Source: Patescibacteria group bacterium AH-259-L07
GTDB lineage: Bacteria; Patescibacteriota; Patescibacteriia; UBA2591; UBA6264
Assembly (NCBI GenBank): GCA_027718005.1
Contig: JALLOP010000001.1
Coordinates: forward strand, 1-39,504
Length of the DNA stretch: 39,504 nucleotides
Direction: 5' to 3'
Shown: piece after piece, positions 7,101-17,082 of the stretch
How the letters are laid out: each line of letters opens with the position of its first letter
Position numbering within the stretch: the first letter of the stretch is position 1
The notes under the pieces: generated by a model
Told to the model about the DNA's origin: nothing
Databases searched by the model: none
What the model saw: only the letters and a program-made list of their open reading frames with translations
Made by a program: the position numbers and the translations under genes

Positions 7101-9278
7101 TCATCCTTCTTCTTCTGAAGAAGGCTGAGTGTATACTTCTCGTGGTTTTGATCCTTCAGCCGGCCCAATAGTTCCCTCTTCTTCTAATAAATCTAGGAGT
7201 CGCGCGGCCCTGGCATAGCCAATACGCAGTCGCCGCTGTAAATATGATGCCGATGCTTTCCCCGCGGCAACTACTGTCTCGCGCGCCTCATCTAAAAATT
7301 CATCTTTTTTTAAATCGCCAAAATGGGAATGTATATCATCTGGCTGTGATTCCGTAACTTCTTCTTCATACAAAGGTTTCGCAATATTTTTTAAATACTC
7401 AACTACTTTTTTAATCTCGATATCAGAAACATACGGGCCCTGCAAACGCCGTGGTTTTGAAATCTCAGGCGAGACAAATAGCATATCTCCCCGTCCTAAT
7501 AACCGTTCTGCACCAGCAAAATCTAAAATGGTTCGTGAATCAACTGCAGAAGCCACTGAAAACGCAACGCGCGTGGTAATATTTGCCTTAATTAATCCCG
7601 TAATAATGTCAACAGATGGACGCTGGGTTGCCATCACTAAATGGATTCCTGTTGCACGTGCCATCTGCGCTAAACGAATAATACAGGTTTCCACCTCATG
7701 TGGTGCGGTAACCATTAAATCCGCCAACTCATCTATAATAACAATAATATAAGGAAGTCTATTATTAGAAAACGCACTATTATACGTATCAATGTTTCGT
7801 TTTTTTGCATCGTGCATTATGTCAAACCGACGCTCCATTTCACCAATAGTCCATTTCAGGGCATTGATTGTCTTATCAACATCCGTAATAACTGGGGTTA
7901 ATAAATGCGGCAGTTCATCATATAACGTAAGCTCAACGCGTTTCGGATCAATTAAAATAAAACGCAAATCTTCAGGCGCATTTTGATAAATTAAACTTAC
8001 AATAACTGAATTTAAAAATATGGTTTTTCCTGATCCTGTACTACCTGCTACGAGCATATGCGGCATATTAGATAAATCTGCCAACCAAATTCTTCCTGCA
8101 ACATCACGGCCGAGTGATATAGTTAAATTTGATTTTCGTTTTTTAAATGTATCGCTCGCTAATATTTCTTTTAAGCGTATCACGGCAACGCGGACATTCG
8201 GTACTTCAATCCCTACCATAGATCGGCCAGGAATTGGCGCTTCGATGCGTATCGGATGTGCTGCTAATGCCATTGATAGATCGTTGTGCAGTGTGGTAAT
8301 TTTAGATAATTTTATCCCCTCTGCCGGTTTTAATGTATATTGTGTTACCGTAGGGCCTACCTTAATTTCCCCCATCTCTACGGGAATGTTAAAATTTTCT
8401 AATGTACGCTTAATAATTAATTTACTCGCCTTAATATCTCCTGCGCTTGGTTTTGAACTTGTACTATCTAATAAATGCAGCGGCATATCAGTTTTTTGAT
8501 ATGATGTTGCCGCCGTAATTGGAATTATTGGTTTTTGTTTTGATGGAGAGAATAAAGCTCCTTCATCTTCTGGTTTTTTTTCAAGTAATTTTGCTGTTTC
8601 TGGTTCTGTTTCACTTGTTAACTTTTGTTTTTTAAACACTATTTTTACTTTTTCAAAAATACGATGTATTAAACTTTGTTTTACTACTACCCGTTCTTCT
8701 TTTTTTGGTTTTTTCTTTATCATACCTGAAAGCGCAACAAGCAATCCAATAATAAAAGCGGCAGTAAATACAATCCAACTTGCCCAAAACCCAAACGTTT
8801 TCACCATCACATAACTAATACCATAACCAATATATCCACCGCCTTTAAATTCGTTTAATGCAGTTGGATTATTAATAAATGCGACATGAAGTGCTGAAGA
8901 TAGAATAACTGCTAAGAGTATGAGGCAAAAAAAACGAGTAATAAATGAAGGCGGCCGTTTTAGGCGAAGTATGCTTTGATCTTGGATCGTATCATACTTA
9001 ATACTAATAAACGCTAAAATTAAAAATATTACCGGAATAAACCAGCTCACCCAGCCAAATAATATTTGAAGTCCGAGTGCAAAAAACTCACCTGCGACAC
9101 CGGCAAGTCCAAAAAGACTTAACAATAAAATTACTGACAGGGCTATCAAAATAATGGATATAACTTGGCGCTGAAATTCACTCATTTTTTCAAATCCTTG
9201 CTTTTGCCGCCTTTTTCTATTCTTTTTTGTTTTACGTTTTTTTAAAAGCTTTGTTGATTTTTTTTGTCTTTTTTTCAT
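7101..9278 (-). CDS. ftsK: DNA translocase FtsK/SpoIIIE
   Basis: N-terminal TM segments, the motor (MLVAGSTGSGKT, IIVIIDELADL, ATQRPS) and a C-terminal gamma wHTH (ASASYLQRRLRIGYARAARL). Confidence 0.95.
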   Translation of the reverse strand: MKKRQKKSTKLLKKRKTKKNRKRRQKQGFEKMSEFQRQVISIILIALSVILLLSLFGLAGVAGEFFALGLQILFGWVSWFIPVIFLILAFISIKYDTIQDQSILRLKRPPSFITRFFCLILLAVILSSALHVAFINNPTALNEFKGGGYIGYGISYVMVKTFGFWASWIVFTAAFIIGLLVALSGMIKKKPKKEERVVVKQSLIHRIFEKVKIVFKKQKLTSETEPETAKLLEKKPEDEGALFSPSKQKPIIPITAATSYQKTDMPLHLLDSTSSKPSAGDIKASKLIIKRTLENFNIPVEMGEIKVGPTVTQYTLKPAEGIKLSKITTLHNDLSMALAAHPIRIEAPIPGRSMVGIEVPNVRVAVIRLKEILASDTFKKRKSNLTISLGRDVAGRIWLADLSNMPHMLVAGSTGSGKTIFLNSVIVSLIYQNAPEDLRFILIDPKRVELTLYDELPHLLTPVITDVDKTINALKWTIGEMERRFDIMHDAKKRNIDTYNSAFSNNRLPYIIVIIDELADLMVTAPHEVETCIIRLAQMARATGIHLVMATQRPSVDIITGLIKANITTRVAFSVASAVDSRTILDFAGAERLLGRGDMLFVSPEISKPRRLQGPYVSDIEIKKVVEYLKNIAKPLYEEEVTESQPDDIHSHFGDLKKDEFLDEARETVVAAGKASASYLQRRLRIGYARAARLLDLLEEEGTIGPAEGSKPREVYTQPSSEEEG

Positions 9279-9330
9279 ATAGTAATGCTAATCTACGAAT
9301 GCATACGAATTAAATTGATTACAACCCTAT

Positions 9331-9405
9331 TATAAGAACCATTCCTCACTTCGTCGCGCTAAGCGCGACTTCGCTCGTCAGAACCTTGAAATTCCGTCAG
9401 GGTTC
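9331..9405. repeat. GC-rich repeat, family 2 (reverse orientation), with an inserted GTCGCGC-TAA-GCGCGAC hairpin
   Basis: ATAAGAACC...CGTCAGAACCTTGAAATT matches the reverse complement of 40-88 and 24183-24218. It lies 53 nt upstream of the ftsK start. Confidence 0.7.
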
Positions 9406-9479
9406 ACAAATGTAAAAGTAAACTTTTCCATTTGATTCACCCTTAGGAATTATAGCATAAAATAAAAAAAATAAAAATA

Positions 9480-9496
9480 TCGAGGTTTTGCCTCGA
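9480..9496 (-). terminator. Terminator downstream of rpoC
   Basis: On the minus strand, TCGAGG-CAAAA-CCTCGA is followed by a T-rich tract. Confidence 0.6.
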
Positions 9497-9526
9497 CGAT
9501 CCCAATATTATTTAACAATTACAAAT

Positions 9527-9580
9527 ATTTTACATTTTGCATTGTCATTTTGCATTTTGATTTTTGATTTTTGAATTTGG
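9527..9580. repeat. ATTTTGC/ATTTTTG-type 6-7-nt array (about 8 units) spanning the rpoC stop codon
   Basis: ATTTTAC ATTTTGC ATTGTC ATTTTGC ATTTTG ATTTTTG ATTTTTG AATTTGG. It encodes the beta-prime tail ...NSKIKNQNAK. Confidence 0.85.
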
Positions 9581-12500
9581 AAGGCCGGTTCCCGCGGGGA
9601 TTAATTGTCCCACAATTACATTTTCTTTTAACCCGCGTAAATAATCAGGCCGCCCGCTAATTGCAGCATTAACTAACACACGAGATGTTTCTTGAAAACT
9701 CGCAGCAGAAAGCCAGCTGTCCGTAGAAAGAGAAACTCTCGTGATACCAGTTAACAATTCTTTCACTTTGGCAGGTCTCTTATCTATTTTTTTAGCTTTT
9801 TCATTTGCCTCAATAGCATATGACTTTGGCACAATTTCTCCTGGTAAAAGATCAGTATCGCCAGAATCCACTACTAATACGCGGGAAAATATTTGACGAA
9901 TAATGAGCTCAACATGTTTGTCATTTAATTTTTGTCCCTGAGATGAATAAATATATTGAATTTCCCGCAATATATATTTTTCTACCTCTTCTTTACCGCG
10001 CAATTCATAGAGTTCACGCAAATCCAAACTTCCATCAGTTAATTGCTGACCCTTCTCTACCTTATCTTTGTCTTTAACCCATATGGTATATCCGGCCACA
10101 TCATGCTCTTCATGTTTTTCCCCCTCATATGTTACCGTAACCACCGTATCTTTAATACTGACTTTTCCGCTGTGGCGTGCTTTAACTTTTTGTTTTCCAA
10201 TCGTTGCAATACTATCACCTTTTTTAACTTTTTGCCCTTGTTTAACTTTAAGTTTTGCTTTTTTGCCCGCAATGGTATACGTATCTTCTTGTGTGCTAGA
10301 ATAGGTAATCCTAATTCTTTTTTGATCATCTGATGAGATCATCTTAACAGGGCCCTTATGTCTAGCCATAATTGCTTTCCGCTTTACTGGCCTAACTTCA
10401 AACAGCTCTTCAACGCGCGGAAGCCCTTGCGTAATATCTCTCCCTGCAACACCACCGGTATGAAACGTTCTCAAAGTCAGCTGCGTTCCTGGCTCGCCAA
10501 TACTCTGCGCTGCAATAATACCAACTGGTGTACCAGGCGTAACCGGCTCATTATAACTTAAATCATAACCATAGCATCGCGCGCATATACCGCGCACTGA
10601 TTGACACGTTAATACCGATCGAATCCTTACCTCTTCAGGATCTGCATTTTGTATTTCCTCTGCCTTATCATATGATATAACATCATTTTTGCGAACAATA
10701 ACAGCCTTTGATTTTGGGTCATGGATTGCCTTTGCTGCTACCCTGCCAAATAAACGCGTTTGCCAATTTTCTCCCATTTTTGTATTGTCTTCACGCGTGA
10801 ACTTAAAACTCTTTGTACTCTTACAATCATTTTTAGTAATAATAATGTCCTGGCATACATCAACCATGCGCCGGGTTAAATATCCCGCACTCGCAGTACG
10901 AAGCGCGGTATCAGATACACCTTTTCGCGAACCATGGGTAGAAATAAAATATTCTAACACATTAAATCCTTCCTTAAATGAAGATTTAATAGGGAGCTCA
11001 ATTAATCTGCCGGTTGGCGAAGATACAATACCACGCATACCAAACATTTGGGTAAGCTGTGCCCATGAACCCCGTGCACCGGATTCAACCATAGAAAATA
11101 TGGGACTAAATTCAGGATCTCGTTTTCTTACCACCTCAGTAATTTTATCTTTTGTGCCAATCCACACTTCAATACTTTTTAAATATCGTTCATTCTCAGA
11201 CAATAATCCTGTCTCGTATTGATTTCTAACCTCATCAATACGCTTTTCTGCCTCGGCAAGGATCTCTTTTTTTTGCTCCAAGTCAGGCAAATCATCCATT
11301 CCCCACGAAAGTCCTGATCCTGTTAAGTACGTGAGTGTAGTTTGCTTAATTTGATCCAACAATTCAACTGCCTTATCTCTGCCATATTTTTGAATTGATT
11401 TAATTACAATTTGTTTTAACGTCCCTTTATCAACCACGGTATCCATAGTATAAATTCCTTTTGGCAGAATTGCATTAAATAACAGCCGTCCCACACTCAC
11501 TTGTCTGCGTTGAGATCCCTCGCTCGCTCGGGATGACACCTCCGGTGTCACTCTAACGTTAATTTTCTCTTGAAGCGTAATTTTCCCGGTTGAGTATGCC
11601 AACACTGCTTCATCAATACTACTAAAATTCGGATATTCTTTTTTTTTATCTTTTTTGTGAATATAGGTCATATAATACGCGCCCCAGATCATATCTTGCG
11701 TTGGGGTCACAATTGGCTCGCCCGTTGCCGGCTTTAACAAATTGTGTGTTGAGAGAATAATATTTTTTGCCTCATCACGTGCCTGACTCGTAATAGGAAC
11801 GTGTACCGCCATTTGATCTCCATCAAAATCAGCATTAAATGCTACACATACCAAGGGATGGATTTGAATCGCTTTTCCTTCAATTAATACTGGCTGGAAC
11901 GCTTGAATGCCTAATCGATGAAGTGTTGGCGCACGATTCAATAATACATAGGTATCTTTAATAATTTCTTCTAAAATAGCATATACCTCTTCAGTGCCTG
12001 TCTCAATTAAACGATTGGCGGACCTCACATTATGAACAATTTCTCGCTTAATTAATTCGGAAGCAATAAACGGCTTAAACAATTCCACTGCCATAAGCTT
12101 TGGCAGACCGCACTGACTTAACTTCAGGCGCGGTCCAACCACAATAACAGATCGGCCTGAATAATCTACGCGCTTCCCAAGTAAATTCTGTCGAAATCGC
12201 CCCTGCTTTCCTTTTAAAATATCAGCTAAGGATTTCAACGGCCTTCGCTGGCCAGTCGAGGCAATGGTTGTTTTCCCGCTTCGCATTTCATTATCAATTA
12301 ATGCATCAACTGCTTCTTGAAGCATTCTCTTTTCATTGCGTAAAATCACCTCTGGTGCATGCAAATCATACAATCGTTTTAAACGATTATTGCGATTGAT
12401 TACCCGTCGATACAAATCATTTAAATCTGAAGACGCAAACCTGCCGCCATCTAACGGCACTAATGGCCTTAGTTCTGGTGGAATCACCGGTACCGCACGG

Positions 12501-13387
12501 AGCACCATATACTCTGGCTTGATATTATTGGTAATAAAATTGCGGACATACTTTATACGCTGGAGTAATTTTTTCTCTTTAGTAGGATTGGTTGTTTTTT
12601 CCCGCTTCTTTTCAAGTTCTCGTGCAAGTTTAGATAAATCAAGATTTTCAAGTAATTTTAAAATTGCCTCTGCACCAATACCAGCCTCAAAAATATGCCC
12701 ATAGCTCATCGAAAGCTCGCGATATTCTAACTCAGTTAACAAACTCTTTTCATATAACTCTGTTATTTCACGCTTTGTTTCTTTATATGTTGTCGTTAGA
12801 TCCTCAAGTTTTTTTGCATATTCCTCTGAATTGTTATGTTTTTCATGTTTAAGCGCTTTTTTCTCATCATTAAACTCTTGCTCTAATTTTTTGTGCGCTT
12901 TTTCTTTTAAATCTTCATCAACATGGGTAATGATAAAATTAGCAAAATAAACCACTTTTTCTAATGCCGCAATTGACATATCTAACAACAGCCCGATCTT
13001 TGATGGGACGCTGCGCAAAAACCAAATATGGGCTACCGGTGCAGCAAGTTTAATATGGCCCAAGCGTTCACGCCGTACTAAAGATCGCGTTATCTCAACG
13101 CCGCAACGATCACACGTGATACCACGATAGCGCAGCTTTTTATATTTGCCGCACGCACACTGCCAGTCTTTTACCGGACCAAAAATTCTTTGACAAAATA
13201 AGCCGTCGCGCTCTGGCTTACGGCTTCGATAATTAATGGTTTCTGGCTTCATGACCTCCCCATATGACCACTCCTCCATAATCTCTTTTGGTGATGCGAG
13301 ATGTAAACTTATCGCATCAAAATCAGCCTGATGTCTTCTTCTATCAGACGGTAACGTTAATGTGGAAATTGTTGATGGTGTCGGCAT
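9545..13387 (-). CDS. rpoC: DNA-directed RNA polymerase subunit beta-prime
   Basis: Zn-binding CxCGKY...CDRCGVE, catalytic NADFDGDQMAVH, and full-length collinearity. Confidence 0.98.
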   Translation of the reverse strand: MPTPSTISTLTLPSDRRRHQADFDAISLHLASPKEIMEEWSYGEVMKPETINYRSRKPERDGLFCQRIFGPVKDWQCACGKYKKLRYRGITCDRCGVEITRSLVRRERLGHIKLAAPVAHIWFLRSVPSKIGLLLDMSIAALEKVVYFANFIITHVDEDLKEKAHKKLEQEFNDEKKALKHEKHNNSEEYAKKLEDLTTTYKETKREITELYEKSLLTELEYRELSMSYGHIFEAGIGAEAILKLLENLDLSKLARELEKKREKTTNPTKEKKLLQRIKYVRNFITNNIKPEYMVLRAVPVIPPELRPLVPLDGGRFASSDLNDLYRRVINRNNRLKRLYDLHAPEVILRNEKRMLQEAVDALIDNEMRSGKTTIASTGQRRPLKSLADILKGKQGRFRQNLLGKRVDYSGRSVIVVGPRLKLSQCGLPKLMAVELFKPFIASELIKREIVHNVRSANRLIETGTEEVYAILEEIIKDTYVLLNRAPTLHRLGIQAFQPVLIEGKAIQIHPLVCVAFNADFDGDQMAVHVPITSQARDEAKNIILSTHNLLKPATGEPIVTPTQDMIWGAYYMTYIHKKDKKKEYPNFSSIDEAVLAYSTGKITLQEKINVRVTPEVSSRASEGSQRRQVSVGRLLFNAILPKGIYTMDTVVDKGTLKQIVIKSIQKYGRDKAVELLDQIKQTTLTYLTGSGLSWGMDDLPDLEQKKEILAEAEKRIDEVRNQYETGLLSENERYLKSIEVWIGTKDKITEVVRKRDPEFSPIFSMVESGARGSWAQLTQMFGMRGIVSSPTGRLIELPIKSSFKEGFNVLEYFISTHGSRKGVSDTALRTASAGYLTRRMVDVCQDIIITKNDCKSTKSFKFTREDNTKMGENWQTRLFGRVAAKAIHDPKSKAVIVRKNDVISYDKAEEIQNADPEEVRIRSVLTCQSVRGICARCYGYDLSYNEPVTPGTPVGIIAAQSIGEPGTQLTLRTFHTGGVAGRDITQGLPRVEELFEVRPVKRKAIMARHKGPVKMISSDDQKRIRITYSSTQEDTYTIAGKKAKLKVKQGQKVKKGDSIATIGKQKVKARHSGKVSIKDTVVTVTYEGEKHEEHDVAGYTIWVKDKDKVEKGQQLTDGSLDLRELYELRGKEEVEKYILREIQYIYSSQGQKLNDKHVELIIRQIFSRVLVVDSGDTDLLPGEIVPKSYAIEANEKAKKIDKRPAKVKELLTGITRVSLSTDSWLSAASFQETSRVLVNAAISGRPDYLRGLKENVIVGQLIPAGTGLPNSKIKNQNAK
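11512..11553. repeat. GC-rich element, family 1 fragment, in frame inside rpoC
   Basis: GAGATCCCTCGCTCGCTCGGGATGACACCTCCGGTGTCAC shares GAGATCCCTCGCTC...GCTCGGGATGACA with 35466-35500. It is translated as ...PEVSSRASEGSQ... Confidence 0.8.
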
Positions 13388-13419
13388 GCGAGGAAATTAA
13401 TGTTAATTAATTTTCGAGC

Positions 13420-13518
13420 ACCCCCCACTTTCTAAAATTCGAATATTTTGGGGATAAAGAAGTTTTATAAGTATTTTCGCATTAAAAATAATTTTTCGGG
13501 TTTTAGAAAGTGGGGGGT
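13420..13518 (-). promoter_or_regulatory. Perfect 18-bp inverted repeat (ACCCCCCACTTTCTAAAA / TTTTAGAAAGTGGGGGGT) with a 63-nt loop in the rpoB-rpoC spacer
   Basis: Arms at 13420-13437 and 13501-13518, read directly. Confidence 0.8.
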
Positions 13519-13524
13519 CTTCGC

Positions 13525-16500
13525 CTATCGGCTCGATTTTCTATTATTTCTTCTCGATGGGAGTTTCCTACCTCGTCGCAGCATATCAACCCCCAGCGCT
13601 AATCCCTTTAATTCGCGCACCAATACGCTAAATGATTCTGGAATATGAATCTCCTTAATAGGTTCATCTTTAATAATTGACTCATACGCCTTAGTTCGCC
13701 CAATCACATCATCGGATTTAATGGTCAACATTTCTTGAAGGGCATTCGCCGCACCATATCCTTCAAGCGCCCATACTTCCATTTCTCCAAATCGCTGCCC
13801 TCCAAACTGCGCTTTTCCACCTAATGGCTGCTGGGTAATCAATGAATATGGCCCAATTGAACGTTGATGAATTTTGTCTTCAACCAAATGGTTGAGTTTC
13901 ATCATGTAAATATAGCCAATGGTTATTGGCTCCTTAAATTGCTCGCTGGTTCTTCCATCATAGAGCATAACCTTGCCGCTCTCAGAATACCCTGCACGCT
14001 TAAGTTCACGTTTAATCTCAATCATGGTAACGCCATTTAATACAGGGCTTGCTGCCTTATACCCTAATGCCTCGGCAGCTAAACCTAAATGTGTTTCTAA
14101 AATTTGTCCTAAATTCATTCGAGAAACTACACCTAATGGATTTAAAATAATATCAATGGGTGTGCCATCTTTTAAATAGGGCACATCTTCCTCAGCCACA
14201 ATGCGCGATATAACTCCTTTATTTCCATGACGGCCTGCCATTTTGTCACCAATTTGTACCTTACGCAGATCAGCAATTAACACACTTATAGATTTAATCA
14301 CCCCTGACGGCAATTTATCTCCTTTATCACGGGAAAATATTTTTACATCAATAACTTTCCCATGCTCACCATGCTCTAAATACAAAGAGGAGTCACGAAC
14401 ATCCTGCGCTTTTTCACCGAAGATCGCACGCAAAAGTTTTTCTTCTGCTGTCAGCTCAATCTCGCCCTTTGGTGTAATTTTGCCCACTAAAATATCGCCA
14501 GACTGTACCTCTGCACCAATGCGTACAATTCCTTCATCATCAAGATTTTTTAACTTTTCTTCACTTACATTAGGAATATCACACGTCATCATTTCCGGTC
14601 CAAACTTTGTCTCGCGAATATCAATGGTGTGTTCATCAATATGAAGCGACGTGTACAGATCACTTTGCACTAATCGTGACGATATTAAAATGGCATCTTC
14701 ATAATTTCCTCCCTCCCATGGCATAAACGCAACCAATATATTTTGCCCCAAGGCTAACTCTCCATTTTCAATTGAAGGTCCTTCTGCTAAAACCTCGCCA
14801 GATTTTACCTGCTGTCCCTTGGCTACAGTTGGCCGCTGATTAAAGCATGTATCAAAATTAGACCGTTGGAATTTATTAAGGTAATATAAATCTTTCTCGC
14901 CTGAAGTGTAAGAAATAGTAACATGATTTGCATCAACACTCGTTACTCGTCCTGCTTTTTGAGCATGAATCATATGATCAGAATCTTTTGCAATACGCGC
15001 CTCAATCCCTGTTCCAACAAGAGGAGAAGCTGGTCTTACTAACGGCACTGCTTGCCGTTGCATGTTAGTCCCCATCAAAGCCCGTACGCCATCGTCGTGC
15101 TCTAAAAAGGGAATCAAACTTGTTGCTACACTGACAATTTGATTTGATGCTACATCAATAAATTCAACTTCTTGGACGCGACAAAATCCTGGACGGCCAT
15201 GAATTCGTGCCTCAACTCTTTCTTCACTAATGTTACCATTTTTATCAATGGGAGTAGAATAGGGCGCTAAAATATGCTGCTCTTCCTCATGCGCATTTAA
15301 ATAGGCAATTTCATTAGTAAGTTTTCCCTTTACTACCTTACGATACGGGGTCTCTATAAAGCCATATTCGCTCAGTCGTGCATAACAGCTTAGATGGCTC
15401 ACTAAACCAACATTTGGGCCTTCTGGTGTTGCAATCGGACAAATTTTCCCATAATACGTTCTATGTACATCGCGAACCTCAAAGCCGGCACGCTCTCGGG
15501 TGAGACCTCCCGGACCTACTGCGGTTAACCTGCGTTTGTGTTCAAGTTCTGAAAGAATATTGGTTTGATCCATAAACTGAGATAATTGCGATGACATAAA
15601 AAACTCTCTAATCACGCCGGTAATGGGCCGCACATTGATCAATTGCCCTGGCGTTAATGCTTTTTGCTCAACAACGCTCATTCTATCCCGAATAATTCTT
15701 TGAAGCCGTAACATTCCTACGCGCATCCTATTCTGAACTGATTCACCAACAGCACGTACTCGTCTATTTGATAAATGATCAATATCATCAGGTAATGACT
15801 GATTGATACTCAGTCGTATTATCTCAGCAATTATAGGAACAATATCTTTCTGGCGCAATACGCGCTCTTTTACACTTTTATCAAAACCGAGTCGTTGATT
15901 CATCTTATACCGCCCCACCTTGCTTAGATCATATCGGTTTGATTTAAACAACATAGCATAAATCAATGATTTAGCATTATCAACCGTTGCCAGCTCTCCT
16001 GGCCGAATTTTTCTATACACCTCAATCAACCCCTCTTGTTCAGTCGAGGAAGGGTCTTTTTCTAATGTTGCATTAATATATTCAATCCCTGCCTGTCCGG
16101 CAGGCAGGCCTGAATTATCTTTTCCGCCTGAAGCGGAAAACTGTTTAAATGCATTTAAAATTTCTTTATCCGTACCAAGTCCAAAAACTCTCAGGAGTGC
16201 GGTTATGGCCGTTTTTCTTTGTCTATCAATGCGCACCCACATCACACCTCTCGTATCAATTTCAAACTCAAGCCATGCACCACGGTCAGGAATAATCTTT
16301 GCACCATAAAAAAATCGCCCTTTGATTGATTCTCCTGAAAAGAATACGCCGGGCGATCTCACAAGCTGCTGCACTACAACGCGCTCAATGCCATTAATAA
16401 TAAAAGTTCCGCGTTTTGTCATCAGCGGAATGTCACTAAAATATACTTCTTGTGAAGTCTTCTTACCGGTTTTCTTATTAATTAAGCGCGCTTTTACGGT

Positions 16501-16758
16501 CAAGGGCGCTTCATAGGTTAGGTTGCGATTTTTACTCGTGATTTCATCAAATTTTGGTGCTCCTAATGAACAATTAATAAAATGTAATTCATAATTTCTC
16601 CCTACTGCATCTTCAATAGGAGAGAATTCTTTAAATAATTCTTTAATTCCTTTTTTCAAAAACCAATCATATGAAGCCTTTTGTATTTCAACTAAATCAG
16701 GCAGGGACAGATCAAATTTTGAAGTAAAAAATGTTTTACGTGAATTAGAAGCAGGCAT
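13525..16758 (-). CDS. rpoB: DNA-directed RNA polymerase subunit beta
   Basis: Conserved blocks throughout (RPGEP-like, GKICPIATPEGPNVGLV, GRHGNKGV, MNVGQ-like). The ATG at 16758 (MPASNSRKTF...LPDLVEIQKASYDWF) is preferred over the upstream TTG at 16785. Confidence 0.97.
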   Translation of the reverse strand: MPASNSRKTFFTSKFDLSLPDLVEIQKASYDWFLKKGIKELFKEFSPIEDAVGRNYELHFINCSLGAPKFDEITSKNRNLTYEAPLTVKARLINKKTGKKTSQEVYFSDIPLMTKRGTFIINGIERVVVQQLVRSPGVFFSGESIKGRFFYGAKIIPDRGAWLEFEIDTRGVMWVRIDRQRKTAITALLRVFGLGTDKEILNAFKQFSASGGKDNSGLPAGQAGIEYINATLEKDPSSTEQEGLIEVYRKIRPGELATVDNAKSLIYAMLFKSNRYDLSKVGRYKMNQRLGFDKSVKERVLRQKDIVPIIAEIIRLSINQSLPDDIDHLSNRRVRAVGESVQNRMRVGMLRLQRIIRDRMSVVEQKALTPGQLINVRPITGVIREFFMSSQLSQFMDQTNILSELEHKRRLTAVGPGGLTRERAGFEVRDVHRTYYGKICPIATPEGPNVGLVSHLSCYARLSEYGFIETPYRKVVKGKLTNEIAYLNAHEEEQHILAPYSTPIDKNGNISEERVEARIHGRPGFCRVQEVEFIDVASNQIVSVATSLIPFLEHDDGVRALMGTNMQRQAVPLVRPASPLVGTGIEARIAKDSDHMIHAQKAGRVTSVDANHVTISYTSGEKDLYYLNKFQRSNFDTCFNQRPTVAKGQQVKSGEVLAEGPSIENGELALGQNILVAFMPWEGGNYEDAILISSRLVQSDLYTSLHIDEHTIDIRETKFGPEMMTCDIPNVSEEKLKNLDDEGIVRIGAEVQSGDILVGKITPKGEIELTAEEKLLRAIFGEKAQDVRDSSLYLEHGEHGKVIDVKIFSRDKGDKLPSGVIKSISVLIADLRKVQIGDKMAGRHGNKGVISRIVAEEDVPYLKDGTPIDIILNPLGVVSRMNLGQILETHLGLAAEALGYKAASPVLNGVTMIEIKRELKRAGYSESGKVMLYDGRTSEQFKEPITIGYIYMMKLNHLVEDKIHQRSIGPYSLITQQPLGGKAQFGGQRFGEMEVWALEGYGAANALQEMLTIKSDDVIGRTKAYESIIKDEPIKEIHIPESFSVLVRELKGLALGVDMLRRGRKLPSRRNNRKSSR
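16085..16140. repeat. GC-rich palindromic element, family 3, in frame inside rpoB
   Basis: CCTGCCTG-TCCGG-CAGGCAGG (16088-16108) plus the hairpin TTCCGC-CTGAA-GCGGAA (16122-16138). It is translated as ...SGGKDNSGLPAGQAG... Confidence 0.8.
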
Positions 16759-16789
16759 ATTTATAAGACGCAAAAATTCCCTCAAGATA

Positions 16790-17046
16790 TCTATAAGGGA
16801 TTTTTTAATTCAATTTTGTCTCTAAATAATATTCAAGGGGACAAAATTAATGTATTATACCCCTAATAAAAGGGGCAAATTTATTATCGTCTCGGAATTT
16901 AAATAAATTAAATTCCGACAGCTCTTTATCTTTTCAGATAAAGAGCTGGACCAGATAGGAGAATAAACCGAGACGACCCAGCCCTTTTAAAAAGGGCTGC
17001 TCGTTAGAGAGATAGGGACGAACTAAGTGAGTCCCTATCTGGGATT
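16790..17046 (-). promoter_or_regulatory. Long structured 5' leader of rpoB (multiple perfect hairpins)
   Basis: Minus-strand hairpins: AGATAGGGAC/GTCCCTATCT, CAGCCCTT/AAGGGCTG, CAGCTCTTTATC/GATAAAGAGCTG and GGAATTTAA/TTAAATTCC. The last two are enclosed by CGTCTC/GAGACG. Confidence 0.5.
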
Positions 17047-17053
17047 GTATCTT

Positions 17054-17082
17054 ATAATAGCATATTAATTTTGTTTTGTCAA
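17054..17082 (-). promoter_or_regulatory. Near-consensus promoter TTGACA-N17-(TGC)TATTAT driving the rpoB leader
   Basis: -35 at 17077-17082 and -10 at 17054-17059 on the minus strand, with an extended TG. Confidence 0.55.

Noticed and set aside
7528-16516. Numerous plus-strand ORFs of 60-177 aa inside ftsK, rpoC and rpoB (for example 8020..8499, 10689..11222, 12336..12704, 14243..14644).
   Set aside because: They are antisense shadows of long, strongly conserved genes. They have no recognisable motifs, their composition is low-complexity, and no start signals were seen.
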